Shown one piece after another: positions 10,145 through 23,336 of a DNA stretch of 64,000 nucleotides. Location: the NCBI GenBank assembly GCA_963727445.1, contig CAVSGI010000010.1:1184001-1248000 (forward strand), given 5' to 3'. The DNA is from an uncultured delta proteobacterium. Lineage in GTDB: Bacteria; Myxococcota_A; Polyangia; Polyangiales; B10-G4. The position numbers and the translations under genes are program-made. Numbering within the stretch: the first letter of the stretch is position 1; each line of letters starts with the position of its first letter. Under the pieces are notes generated by a model. That model had not been told where the DNA came from. It made no database searches and worked only from the letters and a program-made list of their open reading frames with translations.

Positions 10145-11347
10145 ATGAGCGACCTCGAAGAGCTCCCCACCGTCGATGGCTTCCGGTTTGCAGGCATCGC
10201 CTGTGGCATCAAGCAGAGCGGCAACCCGGACCTGGGGCTGATCGTGGCCGACGAGGTGGTTCCCGCCGCCGCGCTCTTCACCCGCAACCTGGTGAAGGCC
10301 GCCCCGGTCGTTCTCGCGCAGACGCGCATCGAGCGCGGGCGCGCACGCGCGGTCCTCGCCAACAGCGGAAACGCGAACGCGTGCACCGGCAAGGAGGGCA
10401 TGTCCCTCGCGCGTTCCACCACCGAGGCGATCGCTGACGCGCTCGGCGCAGACGTCGACACCATCATCCCGGCCTCCACGGGCATCATCGGCAGGCGCCT
10501 GCCCGCGGAGCGGATCGAGGGCGCGACCGAGGAGCTCATCGCGGACCTATCCGCAGATGGCGCTGGCCGCTTCGCCAAGGCGATCATGACCACCGATCGC
10601 TGGCCAAAGGTCGCGCATCGCAAGGTCCCCCTCGCGCCGGGGGTGGAAGCGACCATCATGGGCATCGCCAAGGGCGCCGGGATGATCCACCCGGACATGG
10701 CGACCACCCTCTGCTTCGTCGTCACCGACGCGCCGACGCACTCGAGCTTCTTGAACAAGGCGCTCCGTCGGGCGGCGGAGTCGACCTTCAACTCGCTCAG
10801 CGTGGACGGCGAGACCAGCACCAACGACACCATCCTCGCCATGGCCTCGGGCAAGCTCCCGACCTCGCCGATCGGCGGCTCGGACCGCGAAGCCAAGGTC
10901 TTCACCAGCGCGATGGAGGAGATCCTCGACGAGCTCGGCAAGAGCATCGTGCGCGACGGTGAAGGCGCCGAGCACGTGGTGCGCCTCGAGGTGCACGGCG
11001 CGCCGAGCGAGGACGCCGCACGCAAGATCGCGCAGCGGGTCGCGAGCTCGCTCCTCGTCAAGACGGCCATCCACGGCTGCGATCCCAACTGGGGCCGCAT
11101 CCTGAGCGCAGCCGGCATGGCGGGCGTCTCTTTCGACCCCACGAAGGTGGAGATCCGCATCGGCAACGTGGTCATCGCCAAGAAGGGCATGGCGGCGGGC
11201 GGCGACGCGCAGCAGCGCGCGGCCGAGGTCATGCGCGAAGCCGAGTACGTGATCCGCATCAAGCTCGGGCCCGGCACCGCGAAGGCGCACTACACCTTCT
11301 GCGACATCGGCCACGAGTACGTCCGCATCAACGGCGAATACAACTGA
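10145..11347 (+). CDS. argJ: Bifunctional glutamate N-acetyltransferase/amino-acid acetyltransferase ArgJ
   Basis: NSGNANACTG, IMTTD, KGAGMIHPDMATTL autocleavage site, DGETSTND, DGEGA and DPNWGRI motifs. Confidence 0.95.
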   Translation: MSDLEELPTVDGFRFAGIACGIKQSGNPDLGLIVADEVVPAAALFTRNLVKAAPVVLAQTRIERGRARAVLANSGNANACTGKEGMSLARSTTEAIADALGADVDTIIPASTGIIGRRLPAERIEGATEELIADLSADGAGRFAKAIMTTDRWPKVAHRKVPLAPGVEATIMGIAKGAGMIHPDMATTLCFVVTDAPTHSSFLNKALRRAAESTFNSLSVDGETSTNDTILAMASGKLPTSPIGGSDREAKVFTSAMEEILDELGKSIVRDGEGAEHVVRLEVHGAPSEDAARKIAQRVASSLLVKTAIHGCDPNWGRILSAAGMAGVSFDPTKVEIRIGNVVIAKKGMAAGGDAQQRAAEVMREAEYVIRIKLGPGTAKAHYTFCDIGHEYVRINGEYN

Positions 11348-11580
11348 GCCGCGAGCGCGGGGTTCCGGTCTCAGTGGATCTCCGGTCGCGTGGCGCGTGA
11401 GCCGGAGCACCAACTGTGCTGGTGCGACGAGTTTTCGTGATCAGCTCAGCCCGCTGATGTGACCCAGGAGCGTCGGGATCCTCGCGCGCGGCCCCACACA
11501 CACGCGGTGCCCGTGGTGCCAGGAAAACCCGGACAACCTCCTGCGAAGGGGCGACTAGGATGATTCTGGGAGAGCTTGGC

Positions 11581-13827
<2,247 letters not shown>

Positions 13828-13888
13828 GAGCGACCGTCACGAAGCGGTGACCATCGACCTTCGACCGGTTTCCATGTAAACACGCGCC

Positions 13889-15274
13889 ATGTGGCAGCGT
13901 GCTCTCGCCCTGGGCTGCGTGCTCGCATTCGCCGGCGCGTGTGGAGACGAAGACGGACTGATCCTGGATACGGGTCCCGTACCCGATTCGACGATCGGGG
14001 ACTCCGGCATGGACGCCCCGATGGACAGCGCGGCGCCGGACTCTTCCATCGCTGACACGTCGCTGGATGCGGTGGCGGACGCAGACGCGGCATCCGACGC
14101 GGCGCCGGACGCGGCGAGCTGCGGAATGCTGCCGGCCTGCGCAAGCGACGAGAGCTGTTGGGGCGAAGGGTGTAGCTGCGTGGTCGCGATCGACGGCGCG
14201 AGCTACCTGCGCGCGGACGGTCAGGTCTACTACTACGCCTCTTCACCGCACAGAGTGGCCGAGACCGCGGCGGGAACACCGCTGACGGGCATCGTCGAGA
14301 TCACGGACGGCTGGCGACACACCTGTGGGCTCGCGGAGGACGGCACGGTGTGGTGCTGGGCGAAGAGCACCGACGGCAACGGCGCCGGACAGCTCGGCGA
14401 CGGCACGATGGGCGGAACGACGACGGCGATGCGGGCCACGCAGGTGCTCACCAGCGCCGGGACGCCGCTCACCGGCATCACCGCGCTCAGCGATCAGAGC
14501 GCCACGCGTTGCTACATCGCGGACACCACCTGCGCGATTCGCGGCTCTGACGGCGCGGTCTTCTGCTGGGGCGGCGACAACTCCGGGGGCGGGGCGGGGA
14601 GCTTCTACACGGAGGGGACCGTCGGCTCCCGCCCCTACGCGACGCCGCTGATGGCGAGCGACGGCGTGCCGTTCGTGGACGTGGAGCAGATCACGCTGGG
14701 TGTGAGGCATGCCTGCGCCATCTCGAGCGACGGCACGCTCCGATGCTGGGGCATGAACGTCACCGGCGCTCTCGGCCTCGGAGACGAGACGCTCCGCCAG
14801 TACCCGACCGAGGTGATGCTCCCCGGTGGAGCGACCGCCGACGAGGTCGGCGCCGGTGCCGACACCACCTGCGTGCGTAGCGGCGACCACGTGTACTGCT
14901 GGGGCGCGTCGACGACCGGCGCGGTGGGCCACGGCGATCCCACCCTCCCCGCGAACCACGACGGCTGCATCAACTTCTGCAGCACCAGCCCCCGGGAGGT
15001 GCTCGTCTCTGCCGCCACGCCGCTCACCAGCGTCGTCGATCTCGAGGTCGCCTACCAGGGTGCCTGCGCTCGCCTCGCCGATCATTCCCTGCGCTGCTGG
15101 GGCGCCGCGATCGACAACGTCGCGACCGATCCCACCATCGGCGGCTCGATGATCGCCAACGTCGCCGCGACCACGACCTGCGGCAGCAGCTCCATCCCCA
15201 CCGACATCCGCTGGGTCGAGCGCGACGGTACGCTGCACGACCCGGCGACGACGATCGATCCCGTCTGTCCCTGA
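13889..15274 (+). CDS. RCC1-repeat lipoprotein
   Basis: Lipobox AGAC; repeated HTCGL-DGTVWCW / GQLGDG / HACAI-DGTLRCWG motifs. Confidence 0.8.
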   Translation: MWQRALALGCVLAFAGACGDEDGLILDTGPVPDSTIGDSGMDAPMDSAAPDSSIADTSLDAVADADAASDAAPDAASCGMLPACASDESCWGEGCSCVVAIDGASYLRADGQVYYYASSPHRVAETAAGTPLTGIVEITDGWRHTCGLAEDGTVWCWAKSTDGNGAGQLGDGTMGGTTTAMRATQVLTSAGTPLTGITALSDQSATRCYIADTTCAIRGSDGAVFCWGGDNSGGGAGSFYTEGTVGSRPYATPLMASDGVPFVDVEQITLGVRHACAISSDGTLRCWGMNVTGALGLGDETLRQYPTEVMLPGGATADEVGAGADTTCVRSGDHVYCWGASTTGAVGHGDPTLPANHDGCINFCSTSPREVLVSAATPLTSVVDLEVAYQGACARLADHSLRCWGAAIDNVATDPTIGGSMIANVAATTTCGSSSIPTDIRWVERDGTLHDPATTIDPVCP

Positions 15275-15364
15275 GCAGACGAGCCAGCGGCGAGCGCTTC
15301 TCGAAGAGTAGGCCGACCGAGTCCAGCGTTGCTTTCGCCACGGAAGGGGCGCAGTGTCCGCGCC

Positions 15365-15898
15365 ATGGCATTCGACGAATACATCGCGGGGGGTTCGCTG
15401 GACGCGGATCTGAAGCATATGCTCGACGGGCAGACGCTGAAGGCCACGAGTGCCACCGCGCCTCCCGATGCCTTCATGGCGTCGCTCCCGAAGCCAGCCG
15501 CAGAGGCGCTGCGCGCCCTGACCGCACGTCTGTCCGCGGGCACCTTCCCCGAGCTTCGAGACTTCGACCCGGCGTGGGGAGCGGACACGAGCGTTTGGCC
15601 CAACGTCGACCCGGACGCTTTCTGTCTGGCAAACGATGGCGCGGGCAACTACTGGCTCTTGTGTGCTGACGGCTCGGTGCAGTCGTGGTGTCACGACGAA
15701 GGCGGCATCATGGAGGACCACACGGTCTTTCAGAGCCTCGATGAAGCCATCGCTTGTTTCGTGCGAGCCACCGCGGTGATGGAAGAAGAGGTATCACTCG
15801 ACGAGGTGCGCGACGACTTCGAGGAAGCGTCGTCGGAGTCGAGCCCCGGATGGGAGTGGATGCTCGAGAATCTCGAGGAGCTCGTCGAGGACCTCTGA
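15365..15898 (+). CDS. SMI1/KNR4 (SUKH)-like protein, putative immunity protein
   Basis: FCLANDGAGNYWLL-DGSVxxWxHD-(F)xSLDEAI pattern; acidic. Confidence 0.5.
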   Translation: MAFDEYIAGGSLDADLKHMLDGQTLKATSATAPPDAFMASLPKPAAEALRALTARLSAGTFPELRDFDPAWGADTSVWPNVDPDAFCLANDGAGNYWLLCADGSVQSWCHDEGGIMEDHTVFQSLDEAIACFVRATAVMEEEVSLDEVRDDFEEASSESSPGWEWMLENLEELVEDL

Positions 15899-15910
15899 GA
15901 GGCCGCCCCG

Positions 15911-16996
15911 TCAGTCGGGACGCAGGGCGCGGAAAGTTCGGAGGAAGTTGTCGCCGAGGATCTTCTGGATGCGATCCGAGGACCAACCCTCTTCCAACAT
16001 GTATTGAACCAGGCGGGCGAAGGCCAGGGCGCCGTCGCGCAGATCAGCGGGGGGCGTGATGAAGCCGTCGTAGTCGCTGCCGAGCGCGACGTAGTCGTCG
16101 CCAACGGTGTCGATCACGTGCCGGATGTGCTCGATGACCATGCGCCCATCCTTGGGCCCGCCCGGTCGCTTCAGAAACTGGTCGGCGAAGATGATGCCGA
16201 CCGCACCGTCGGTGTCGGCCACCGCCGCGAGCTGCTCGTCGTTCAGGTTGCGCCACATGGGTCGAACCCCGTCGACGCCGGTGTGGGTGACGAGGAGCGG
16301 CTGGTCGGTGTCGTGAACCTCCACCGCATCCCAGAAGCCCTGCTCGCTGATGTGCGCCAGGTCGACGAAGATGCGGCCCTCGTTGAGCTGCTCGACGAAG
16401 CGCCGCCCCATGTCGGTCAGACCCCAATCCTTCGACGTGAACGACGCCGGGCTCGAGGTGCCGCCGTAGCAGCTGTTGGAGAGGTGAACGACGGTGACCC
16501 GGGTAAGCAGGCGGTCGGGGATCGCCAGCGGCCCGTCGGGCGCGGCCTCGAAGGCGTTGCCCCCCTGCACGCTCAATAGAACCCCGTGGGCACCTTGCGC
16601 TCGGGCCGCGCGATACTCGGCGTGGCTCCGCACGATGCGGAGCGCGCCCCCGGTCGCGTCGACGCGCTCTTTCAGGTGCGCGAGGTTGTCCTTCACCGCC
16701 GCGAGACGCCCCTTCTTGCCGCGCAGGATGTTGGTGGCGACGCTCCACATCCCGCCGGTGAGGCCTCCGTCGACGGCGCGGGGGAAGTCGAGATGGCCGA
16801 AGAAGCGACCCCCCGAAGGTCCGGTCCCGTGGCGCTTCGCGAGGTCGTAACCCCAGAGCCGCGGCGGGATGTAGGACTCGATGTGGAGATCGATGACCTC
16901 GGAGCTCCTCAGAAGCTGCACGGCCTCCAGCGACACGCCGGCTCGCTTCGCGAGCGCGTCGTCGGGGGTTCGCTCGGTGGGGAAGGCCTCGGACAT
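15911..16996 (-). CDS. Membrane dipeptidase (peptidase M19 / amidohydrolase)
   Basis: IDLH, GHLDFPR, VDLAH, THTG, RNLNDEQL, LGSDYDG and KILGDNFLR motifs. Confidence 0.9.
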   Translation of the reverse strand: MSEAFPTERTPDDALAKRAGVSLEAVQLLRSSEVIDLHIESYIPPRLWGYDLAKRHGTGPSGGRFFGHLDFPRAVDGGLTGGMWSVATNILRGKKGRLAAVKDNLAHLKERVDATGGALRIVRSHAEYRAARAQGAHGVLLSVQGGNAFEAAPDGPLAIPDRLLTRVTVVHLSNSCYGGTSSPASFTSKDWGLTDMGRRFVEQLNEGRIFVDLAHISEQGFWDAVEVHDTDQPLLVTHTGVDGVRPMWRNLNDEQLAAVADTDGAVGIIFADQFLKRPGGPKDGRMVIEHIRHVIDTVGDDYVALGSDYDGFITPPADLRDGALAFARLVQYMLEEGWSSDRIQKILGDNFLRTFRALRPD

Positions 16997-17057
16997 CGCC
17001 CTCCATATAGCAGCAGAAGCGGGTGTCGCCTCCCTCGACCTGCTAGCTTTGTGCTCG

Positions 17058-18308
17058 GTGCGGGCAATCTCTCGACTTTCCCTCTCGGCGCTTCTCGTGG
17101 TGGCTGCCGGCTGCGCGGACGACGCTTTCGTGGAGCTGGACAGCGGAACCTTCGACGCCGCGATGGACGGCGCGCCGGGAGACGCCGCTCCCGACACCCG
17201 GCCGGTGCTCGACTCCGGCACCCCGCCCGAGGACGTCGACGGGTTCATCGAATACCAGATGGCGGTGGGCGGCATCCCGGGCCTCGCCGCCAGCATCGTG
17301 ACGCCCGAGGGGATCGTCTGGAGCGGCTACTACGGCTACGCCGACATCGAGACCGAGCGACTCGTCGACGAGTCGACCCTCTTCATCGTGGCCTCGGTGA
17401 GCAAGACCGTCACGACCCTCGGGATGATGCAGCTCGTCGACGAGGGGCTCCTCGACCTCGACGCAGCCGCCGACGACTACCTGCCCTACGCCTTGCGCAA
17501 TCCCGACTATGCGGCGGCCGACGTCACCACCCGCATGCTCCTGACGCACACCAGCGGGCTCTTCGACGACTTCGTCACCCTCGCCGAGGTCACTTACACC
17601 GGCGACCCCACCGTCTCCCTCGGCGCCTTCGCCGAGGGCTACGTGACGCCCGGCGGCGAGTTCTACACGGACAACAACTGGGCCACGCGACCGGGCTCCA
17701 GCTACGCGTACTGCAACGCGGGCTTCGGCGTGGTCGGCCACGTGATCGAGTCGGTGCGCGGCGAGGATTTCCGCGACGCGATCCAGACGCGCATCTTCGA
17801 CCCGCTGGGCATGACGGAGAGCGGATGGTTCCTGTCGGAGGTGAGCCTCGACACGCTGGCGTCGATCTACACCTGGGACGGCCGGACCAACACCGCCCTG
17901 CCCCAGAACGGCTTCGCCTATTACCCGGCGTCGTCCCTGCGCACCAGCGTCCCCGAGCTCTCGCGCTTCCTGACAGCGACCATCCGCGACGGCGAGCTGG
18001 ACGGCGTGCGCGTGCTGTCCGCGGAGCTCGCTCAGGCGATGCGCGAGCCGCAGCGCCTCGACATCAACCCGAATCAGACCATCACCTGGCGCTTCCGCCA
18101 GATCGGCGGCGAGCGCTGGCTCGCCCACACCGGCTCCACCTACGGCGCGAGCGCGATCATCGCGTATCGGCCACAGGAGCCCATCGGGATGATCGTCCTG
18201 ACGAACTCCGACGCCTACGTCCGCGGCAGGCTCGGTGTGACCGGAAGCCAGGACGCGCTCGAGGCGATCCACGATCGGATCGCTGAAGAATCGATGCTCT
18301 ATCGATAG
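17058..18308 (+). CDS. Serine hydrolase, beta-lactamase/class C-like lipoprotein
   Basis: Lipobox VAAGC; SxxK (SVSK), LLTHTSG, YCN, PLGM and HTG motifs. Confidence 0.88.
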   Translation: MRAISRLSLSALLVVAAGCADDAFVELDSGTFDAAMDGAPGDAAPDTRPVLDSGTPPEDVDGFIEYQMAVGGIPGLAASIVTPEGIVWSGYYGYADIETERLVDESTLFIVASVSKTVTTLGMMQLVDEGLLDLDAAADDYLPYALRNPDYAAADVTTRMLLTHTSGLFDDFVTLAEVTYTGDPTVSLGAFAEGYVTPGGEFYTDNNWATRPGSSYAYCNAGFGVVGHVIESVRGEDFRDAIQTRIFDPLGMTESGWFLSEVSLDTLASIYTWDGRTNTALPQNGFAYYPASSLRTSVPELSRFLTATIRDGELDGVRVLSAELAQAMREPQRLDINPNQTITWRFRQIGGERWLAHTGSTYGASAIIAYRPQEPIGMIVLTNSDAYVRGRLGVTGSQDALEAIHDRIAEESMLYR

Positions 18309-18415
18309 ATAGGGGAACGCCCGGCCGCTGGGAGGAGTGCGACCGGGCGTTCGGTGGTTGCCGCTATCCGGTGAGGCGATGGGCCGCCTCACCTGCGAGC
18401 TGGCGGGACTTTGCT

Positions 18416-19072
18416 TCAGTTGCTGCGGGGACCGGCGGTCTCGCCGACGCCCGCGCCAGGGCCAGGGCCGTGACCGCGACCGTTGTCACCGGCCGCCGCG
18501 CCGCGATGGCCGCGCTGGTTCGCCGGAGGACCGGCGTAGTGATGTCCGAAGCCGCGGGGCGTCTCCATGTCGGTCGGCCGGCGAGGCTCACGGGTGCTGT
18601 TGTAGAGGTAGCGGGACGAACGCGAGCCGGGGGTCACGGCCGAGCCGCTTCCGCCTTCGCCACCGCCGCGCGCCGTCGCGCGCGCGCTTCGGAGCTCGGC
18701 GAGCTTCGCCTTCTGCGCATCGGTGAGCACGGCCATGAGGGCCTCCTTCACCGAGGCGCGCTGAGCGCGCATCGCCTCGCGGCGAGCTTCCGGGCTGAGC
18801 TGGCTGAAGCTCTCGCGAGCCTCGGTCCGCTGAGCGCGCGCGTCGGCGAGGATCTGTCGCATCTGCGCCTTCTGGGCGTCGGTGAGCTCGAGGCGACCGG
18901 CCATTCGCATCAGGCCGCGACCCGCGCGACCGTGGTGGCCGGCGCGCGCCGGCGCAGAGGTGGAAGCGTCGCCCGCGCCACCGTCGTTCGGCCCGGGCCA
19001 GGCCATGGCGGTCCCGGCGCTGCCGACGGCGAGGATCGACGCGAGTGCGAGGGGCTTGAGCAGGTTCTTCAT
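18416..19072 (-). CDS. Spy/CpxP family periplasmic protein
   Basis: Signal peptide; two LTDAQK (LTxxQ) motifs; AAGGAG RBS before ATG 19072. Confidence 0.75.
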   Translation of the reverse strand: MKNLLKPLALASILAVGSAGTAMAWPGPNDGGAGDASTSAPARAGHHGRAGRGLMRMAGRLELTDAQKAQMRQILADARAQRTEARESFSQLSPEARREAMRAQRASVKEALMAVLTDAQKAKLAELRSARATARGGGEGGSGSAVTPGSRSSRYLYNSTREPRRPTDMETPRGFGHHYAGPPANQRGHRGAAAGDNGRGHGPGPGAGVGETAGPRSN

Positions 19073-19235
19073 GGCTATCTCCTTCTTCGTCTCTTCGGGG
19101 CTCATCGCCCCACATGAGCTCAGACGGGGTCAGGCTTACGAAGTCCTGAAGGCCCGAAATCCCTCGAATCCGGGACGCTCGGACTGGCCGGCGCGCCATT
19201 TGCGCTTATATATCGAGGCGAAAGAGAGCTGACCT

Positions 19236-19565
19236 ATGCAGGTTCCTTTGCAGATCACGTTCAGAAACATGGAGCCGTCGGAAGCGGTGAAGACGGCCAT
19301 CGAAAAGAAGGCCACCAAGCTCGAGGACTTCCACGAGCACATCACCAGCTGTCACGTGATCGTGGAGACGCCCCACCGGCATCACCATCAGGGGCGCGTC
19401 CACCACGTGAAAGTGCACCTCGCCCTGCCCGGCCACGACATCAACATCGACCACGACGCCGAGCACGGGGAGCACGAGGACGTCTACGTCTCGATCCGCG
19501 ACGCCTTCGAGGCAGCAATCCGGCAGCTCAAGACCTTCACCGCGAAACGCGCCGAGCACCGCTGA
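19236..19565 (+). CDS. HPF/RaiA family ribosome-associated protein
   Basis: LQITFRNMEPSEA...KLE, EDVYVSIRDAFEAAIRQL. Confidence 0.85.
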   Translation: MQVPLQITFRNMEPSEAVKTAIEKKATKLEDFHEHITSCHVIVETPHRHHHQGRVHHVKVHLALPGHDINIDHDAEHGEHEDVYVSIRDAFEAAIRQLKTFTAKRAEHR

Positions 19566-19580
19566 CGTCGAGCGTCCGCG

Positions 19581-22383
19581 TCAGTTGGCGACGACGTTCA
19601 CCAGGCGGCCGGGCACCACGACGACCTTGCGGACCGTCTTGCCTTCGATGAGCTCGGCGATGCGCGGGTCGGCGAGGGCGGCCTTCTCGAGGTCGTCCTT
19701 GCTGGCGTCGGCGGCTACGACGATGCGGCTGCGCACCTTGCCCATCACCTGAACCGGGATCTCGACGGTGTCGTCGACGAGCATCGACGCGTCCCAGCTC
19801 GGCCACGTGGTGTCGCAGACGAAGCCTCGCTGTCCGATGCGCGCCCACAGCTCCTCGGCGACGTGGGGCGCGAAGGGCGACAGGATCTTGGCGAAGCGCT
19901 CGGCCTGCTCCCGGGTGAGCCCGCCCTTCTGCTGGGCGAGGTTGGTGAGCTCGATCATCTTGGCGATCGCGGTGTTGAAGCTCAGGCGCTCGACGTCGTC
20001 GGTGACGCCGGCGATGGTGCGGTGGAGGAGCTTTTCGACCTCCTCGTTCGCTTGCCCCGCGAGGGTCGCCTCGCCGCTCTCCTCATCGACGACCAGCCGG
20101 AAGGCGCGCCCGAGGAAGCGATACATCCCGAGGATGTCCTGGGTGTTCCAGGGCTTCGAGGTCTCGAGCGGTCCCATGTACATCTCGTAGAGGCGGAAGG
20201 TGTCGGCGCCGTAGTCGCGGATCACGTCGTCGGGGTTGGTGACGTTCTTCAGCGACTTGCTCATCTTGGCGACGATGCGGGTGACCTCGCCGCCGCCCTT
20301 CTCGACCCACTTCGGCTCCTCGTCGGTGCCGACGTTCTCCGCTTGATCGATGGCGACCAGCGACTTGTCCGGCCGCTGGAAGGCGTGGCTGAGGATCATC
20401 CCCTGGTGGAAGAGCTTGTGGAAGGGCTCGTCGCTCCGAATCACGCCGTGATCGAAGAGCACCTTGTGCCAGAAGCGCGCGTAGAGCAGGTGCAACACGG
20501 CGTGCTCGGCGCCCCCGACGTAGAGGTCGACGCCGCGCTCGCCCATCCAGTAGGCGTCGGCCGCGTCACCGATGAGCGCGTCCTGGTTCTTCGGATCGCA
20601 GAAGCGCAGGTAGTACCACTGCGAGCCCGCCCATCCGGGCATGGTGTTCGTCTCACGACGGACCCTGGCATCCGCCGGTAGCCCGGGAACGTTCGCCTCG
20701 CCAGCGGTGGTCTCGACCCACTGAGTCGCCTTCGCGAGGAGCGGCTGCGGATCGTCGCTCTCGACCGGCGCGTAGTCGGCGAGTGGCGGCAGGGTGAGCG
20801 GGAGCGCGTCCTTGGAGATGGCGTGGTGATGGCCGTCCTCGTCCCAGACGATGGGGAAGGGCTCACCCCAGTAGCGCTGTCGGCTGAAGAGCCAATCGCG
20901 CAGCTTGTAGTTCACCTGGCCGTGGCCGAGGTTCTTCTTCTCGAGCCACTCGATGATCGTCTTCTTGGCCTCCGCGACGCCCAGACCGTTCAGCGAGACC
21001 TCGTCGTTGGCCGAATTGAGCGCCACACCGTCGCCGGCGTAGCACTCCGTGAGCGGGCCCCCGTCCGGCGTGCTGATCACCTGCACGATGGGCAGCTCGA
21101 ACTTGGTGGCGAACTCCCAGTCGCGCTCGTCGTGGCCGGGGACCGCCATGATGGCGCCGGTCCCGTAGGTGATCAGGACGTAGTCGGCGACCCAGATGGG
21201 GATCTTCAGGCCGTTGACCGGGTTGATGGCGTAGTGGCCGGTGAAGACGCCGGTCTTTTCCTTCGATTGCTGGCGCTCGAGGTCGCTCTTGTTCTTGGCC
21301 TCGTCGACGTAGGCCTTCACCTTCGGGTCGGCGGCGCCCTGAACGAGAGGATGCTCGGGCGCGACCACCATGTAGGTGGCGCCGAAGAGGGTGTCGGGGC
21401 GGGTGGTGTAGATGCGCAAGCGATCGATGTCGCCCACCGGCTCGGTGAGCATGAAGTCGCATTCGGCGCCCTCGCTCCGCCCGATCCAGTCGGTCTGCTT
21501 GATCTTGGTCGACGAGGGCCAGTCGAGGTCCTCGAGCCCCGAGAGGAGCCGATCGCCATAGGCGGTGATGCGGAAGAGCCACTGCTCGAGGGGCTTGCGA
21601 AAGACCGGGAAGCCGCCGCGCTCGCTCCGGCCGTCGATGACCTCTTCGTTGGCGAGGGCGGTGCCGAGCTTCGGGCACCAGTTCACCGTCGACTCGGTCA
21701 CGTAGGCGAGGCGATAGCTGTCGATGATCGTGCGCTTGTCCGCTTCGGAGAGCGATGACCACGCGCCGAAGTCGCGGGCCTTCGCCTGGGCGTCGTGCTC
21801 GGCGGCCTGGGGATTGATGCGCGCCGGGCGCTTGCCCGACTCGAGCTCCGCGACGAGCGCCTCGATGGGACGCGCCTTCTGCGCGTCGGTGTCGAAGTAG
21901 GACTCGTAGATCTGTGACGAAGATCCACTGTGTCCAGCGGTAGTAGTCCGGGTCGATGGTGCCGAGCTCGCGGCTCCAGTCGTAGGAGAAGCCGAAGCGC
22001 TGGAGCTGGCGGCGGAAGTTGTCGATGGACTTCTTGGTGGTCTGTGCGGGATGGACGCCGGTCTTGATGGCGTACTGCTCGGCGGGCAGGCCGAAGGCGT
22101 CCCAGCCCATCGGGTGAAGGACGTTGAATCCGCGCATCCGCTTGAAGCGCGAGAGGATGTCGGTGGCGGTGTAGCCCTCGGGGTGGCCGACGTGCAGGCC
22201 CGCGCCCGAGGGATAGGGGAACATGTCGAGGCAGTAGAAGCGGGGCTTGTCGGGGTCGAAGCCCTCCTGGCCGGGGTTGGGCTGCCGAAACGTCTCCGCC
22301 TCGGCCCACTTCTTCTGCCACTTCTGCTCGATCTGGTCTGCCAGCGCCGCGTCGTAGCGGTGGGGCTTGTCGTCGTCCGCCAT
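19581..22383 (-). CDS. leuS: Leucine--tRNA ligase (one-base frameshift near 21917, probable sequence error)
   Basis: [58 protein letters not shown] and KMSKS motifs, split across ORFs 20863..22383 and 19581..22394. Confidence 0.95.
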
Positions 22384-22413
22384 GGTCGACGCAATGTAGC
22401 CGATCTAAAGGGC

Positions 22414-23304
22414 TCAGAAGAGGGTGCAGTACTCGGCCGCGGTGAATTCGTTGATGGCGGTAGCCATGTCGAGGGTGCCGGCGCGGACGTCTCGGATGGA
22501 CCAGACGGCGCCGCCGGTGGCGTCGGGGATGCTCTCTGCGCCGTTGTACGGTTCGTGAAAGCCCTGGCCGACGTTGGCGCTGGTGCCCGCGCCGCAGAAC
22601 TCGCCCATGCCTGGGGCGGCGAAGGCGCCGACGCGCACCTCGGCGGCGACGAGCGCGTCCACCGTCTCGAGGTAGGTGTGCTGTACCCGGATGCCGCCGA
22701 TGCCCGCGAAGCCGCTGAGGGTCAGAGGCGACTCGACGAAGGTGTCGTCGGTGACGTGGATGGCGATGTGGGTGGCGCCCGCGCGCCAGGGGCAGGCGGC
22801 GGCCGCCGTGTAGAGCGCGTCGAGGGAGTTCTCCGGACAGTCGGTGTTCCCGTCGGTGCCGCCCGCGGGCTCGCCATTGGTGGTGGTGAACTCGCGCCAG
22901 GTGACGAACTCCGCCTGCATCGTCGCGAGGTCGGCGAAGGGCGCGCAGCCGTTCACCGCGACCACGTCGTCGACGAAGACCACCAGCGAGAACTGGGTAT
23001 CGGAGGTGAGCGCTTCGGCCGCCGCCCAGATGCGGTCCATGCCTCCACGCACCTGATCGATCTCGTCGGCCATCGAGGTGGAGACGTCGATCACGAAGAC
23101 CACGTCGAGAGCGTCGACGCAGTCCGGGGCGTCCGCGGGCGGGGGCCGCGCGTCCGCCGGCACACGCGAATCGATCGATCCGTCCGCTCCGCCGTCGGTC
23201 GCTCCGTCCCCGGCAATGCCCGAGTCGCGGGGAAGACGGCCGTCGCCCGAGGAACAGGCGGCGAGCGCCAGAAGAACGAAGGCCAACGAACGCATCCCCT
23301 TCAT
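22414..23304 (-). CDS. vWA-domain lipoprotein
   Basis: Lipobox LAAC; LDVVFVIDVSTSM MIDAS; PENSLDAL; WRAGA; HVTDD. Confidence 0.8.
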   Translation of the reverse strand: MKGMRSLAFVLLALAACSSGDGRLPRDSGIAGDGATDGGADGSIDSRVPADARPPPADAPDCVDALDVVFVIDVSTSMADEIDQVRGGMDRIWAAAEALTSDTQFSLVVFVDDVVAVNGCAPFADLATMQAEFVTWREFTTTNGEPAGGTDGNTDCPENSLDALYTAAAACPWRAGATHIAIHVTDDTFVESPLTLSGFAGIGGIRVQHTYLETVDALVAAEVRVGAFAAPGMGEFCGAGTSANVGQGFHEPYNGAESIPDATGGAVWSIRDVRAGTLDMATAINEFTAAEYCTLF

Positions 23305-23336
23305 GGTGACGCGAATCGCGACGCGCCGGAAGGGTC

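Noticed and set aside
17058..18308. Antibiotic-resistance beta-lactamase
   Set aside because: The SxxK/YxN/HTG pattern fits the broad esterase/peptidase serine hydrolase family; no evidence for beta-lactam specificity
21900..21930. Programmed frameshift or true pseudogene in leuS
   Set aside because: No slippery sequence is present and many similar indels occur across unrelated genes, so sequence error is more parsimonious
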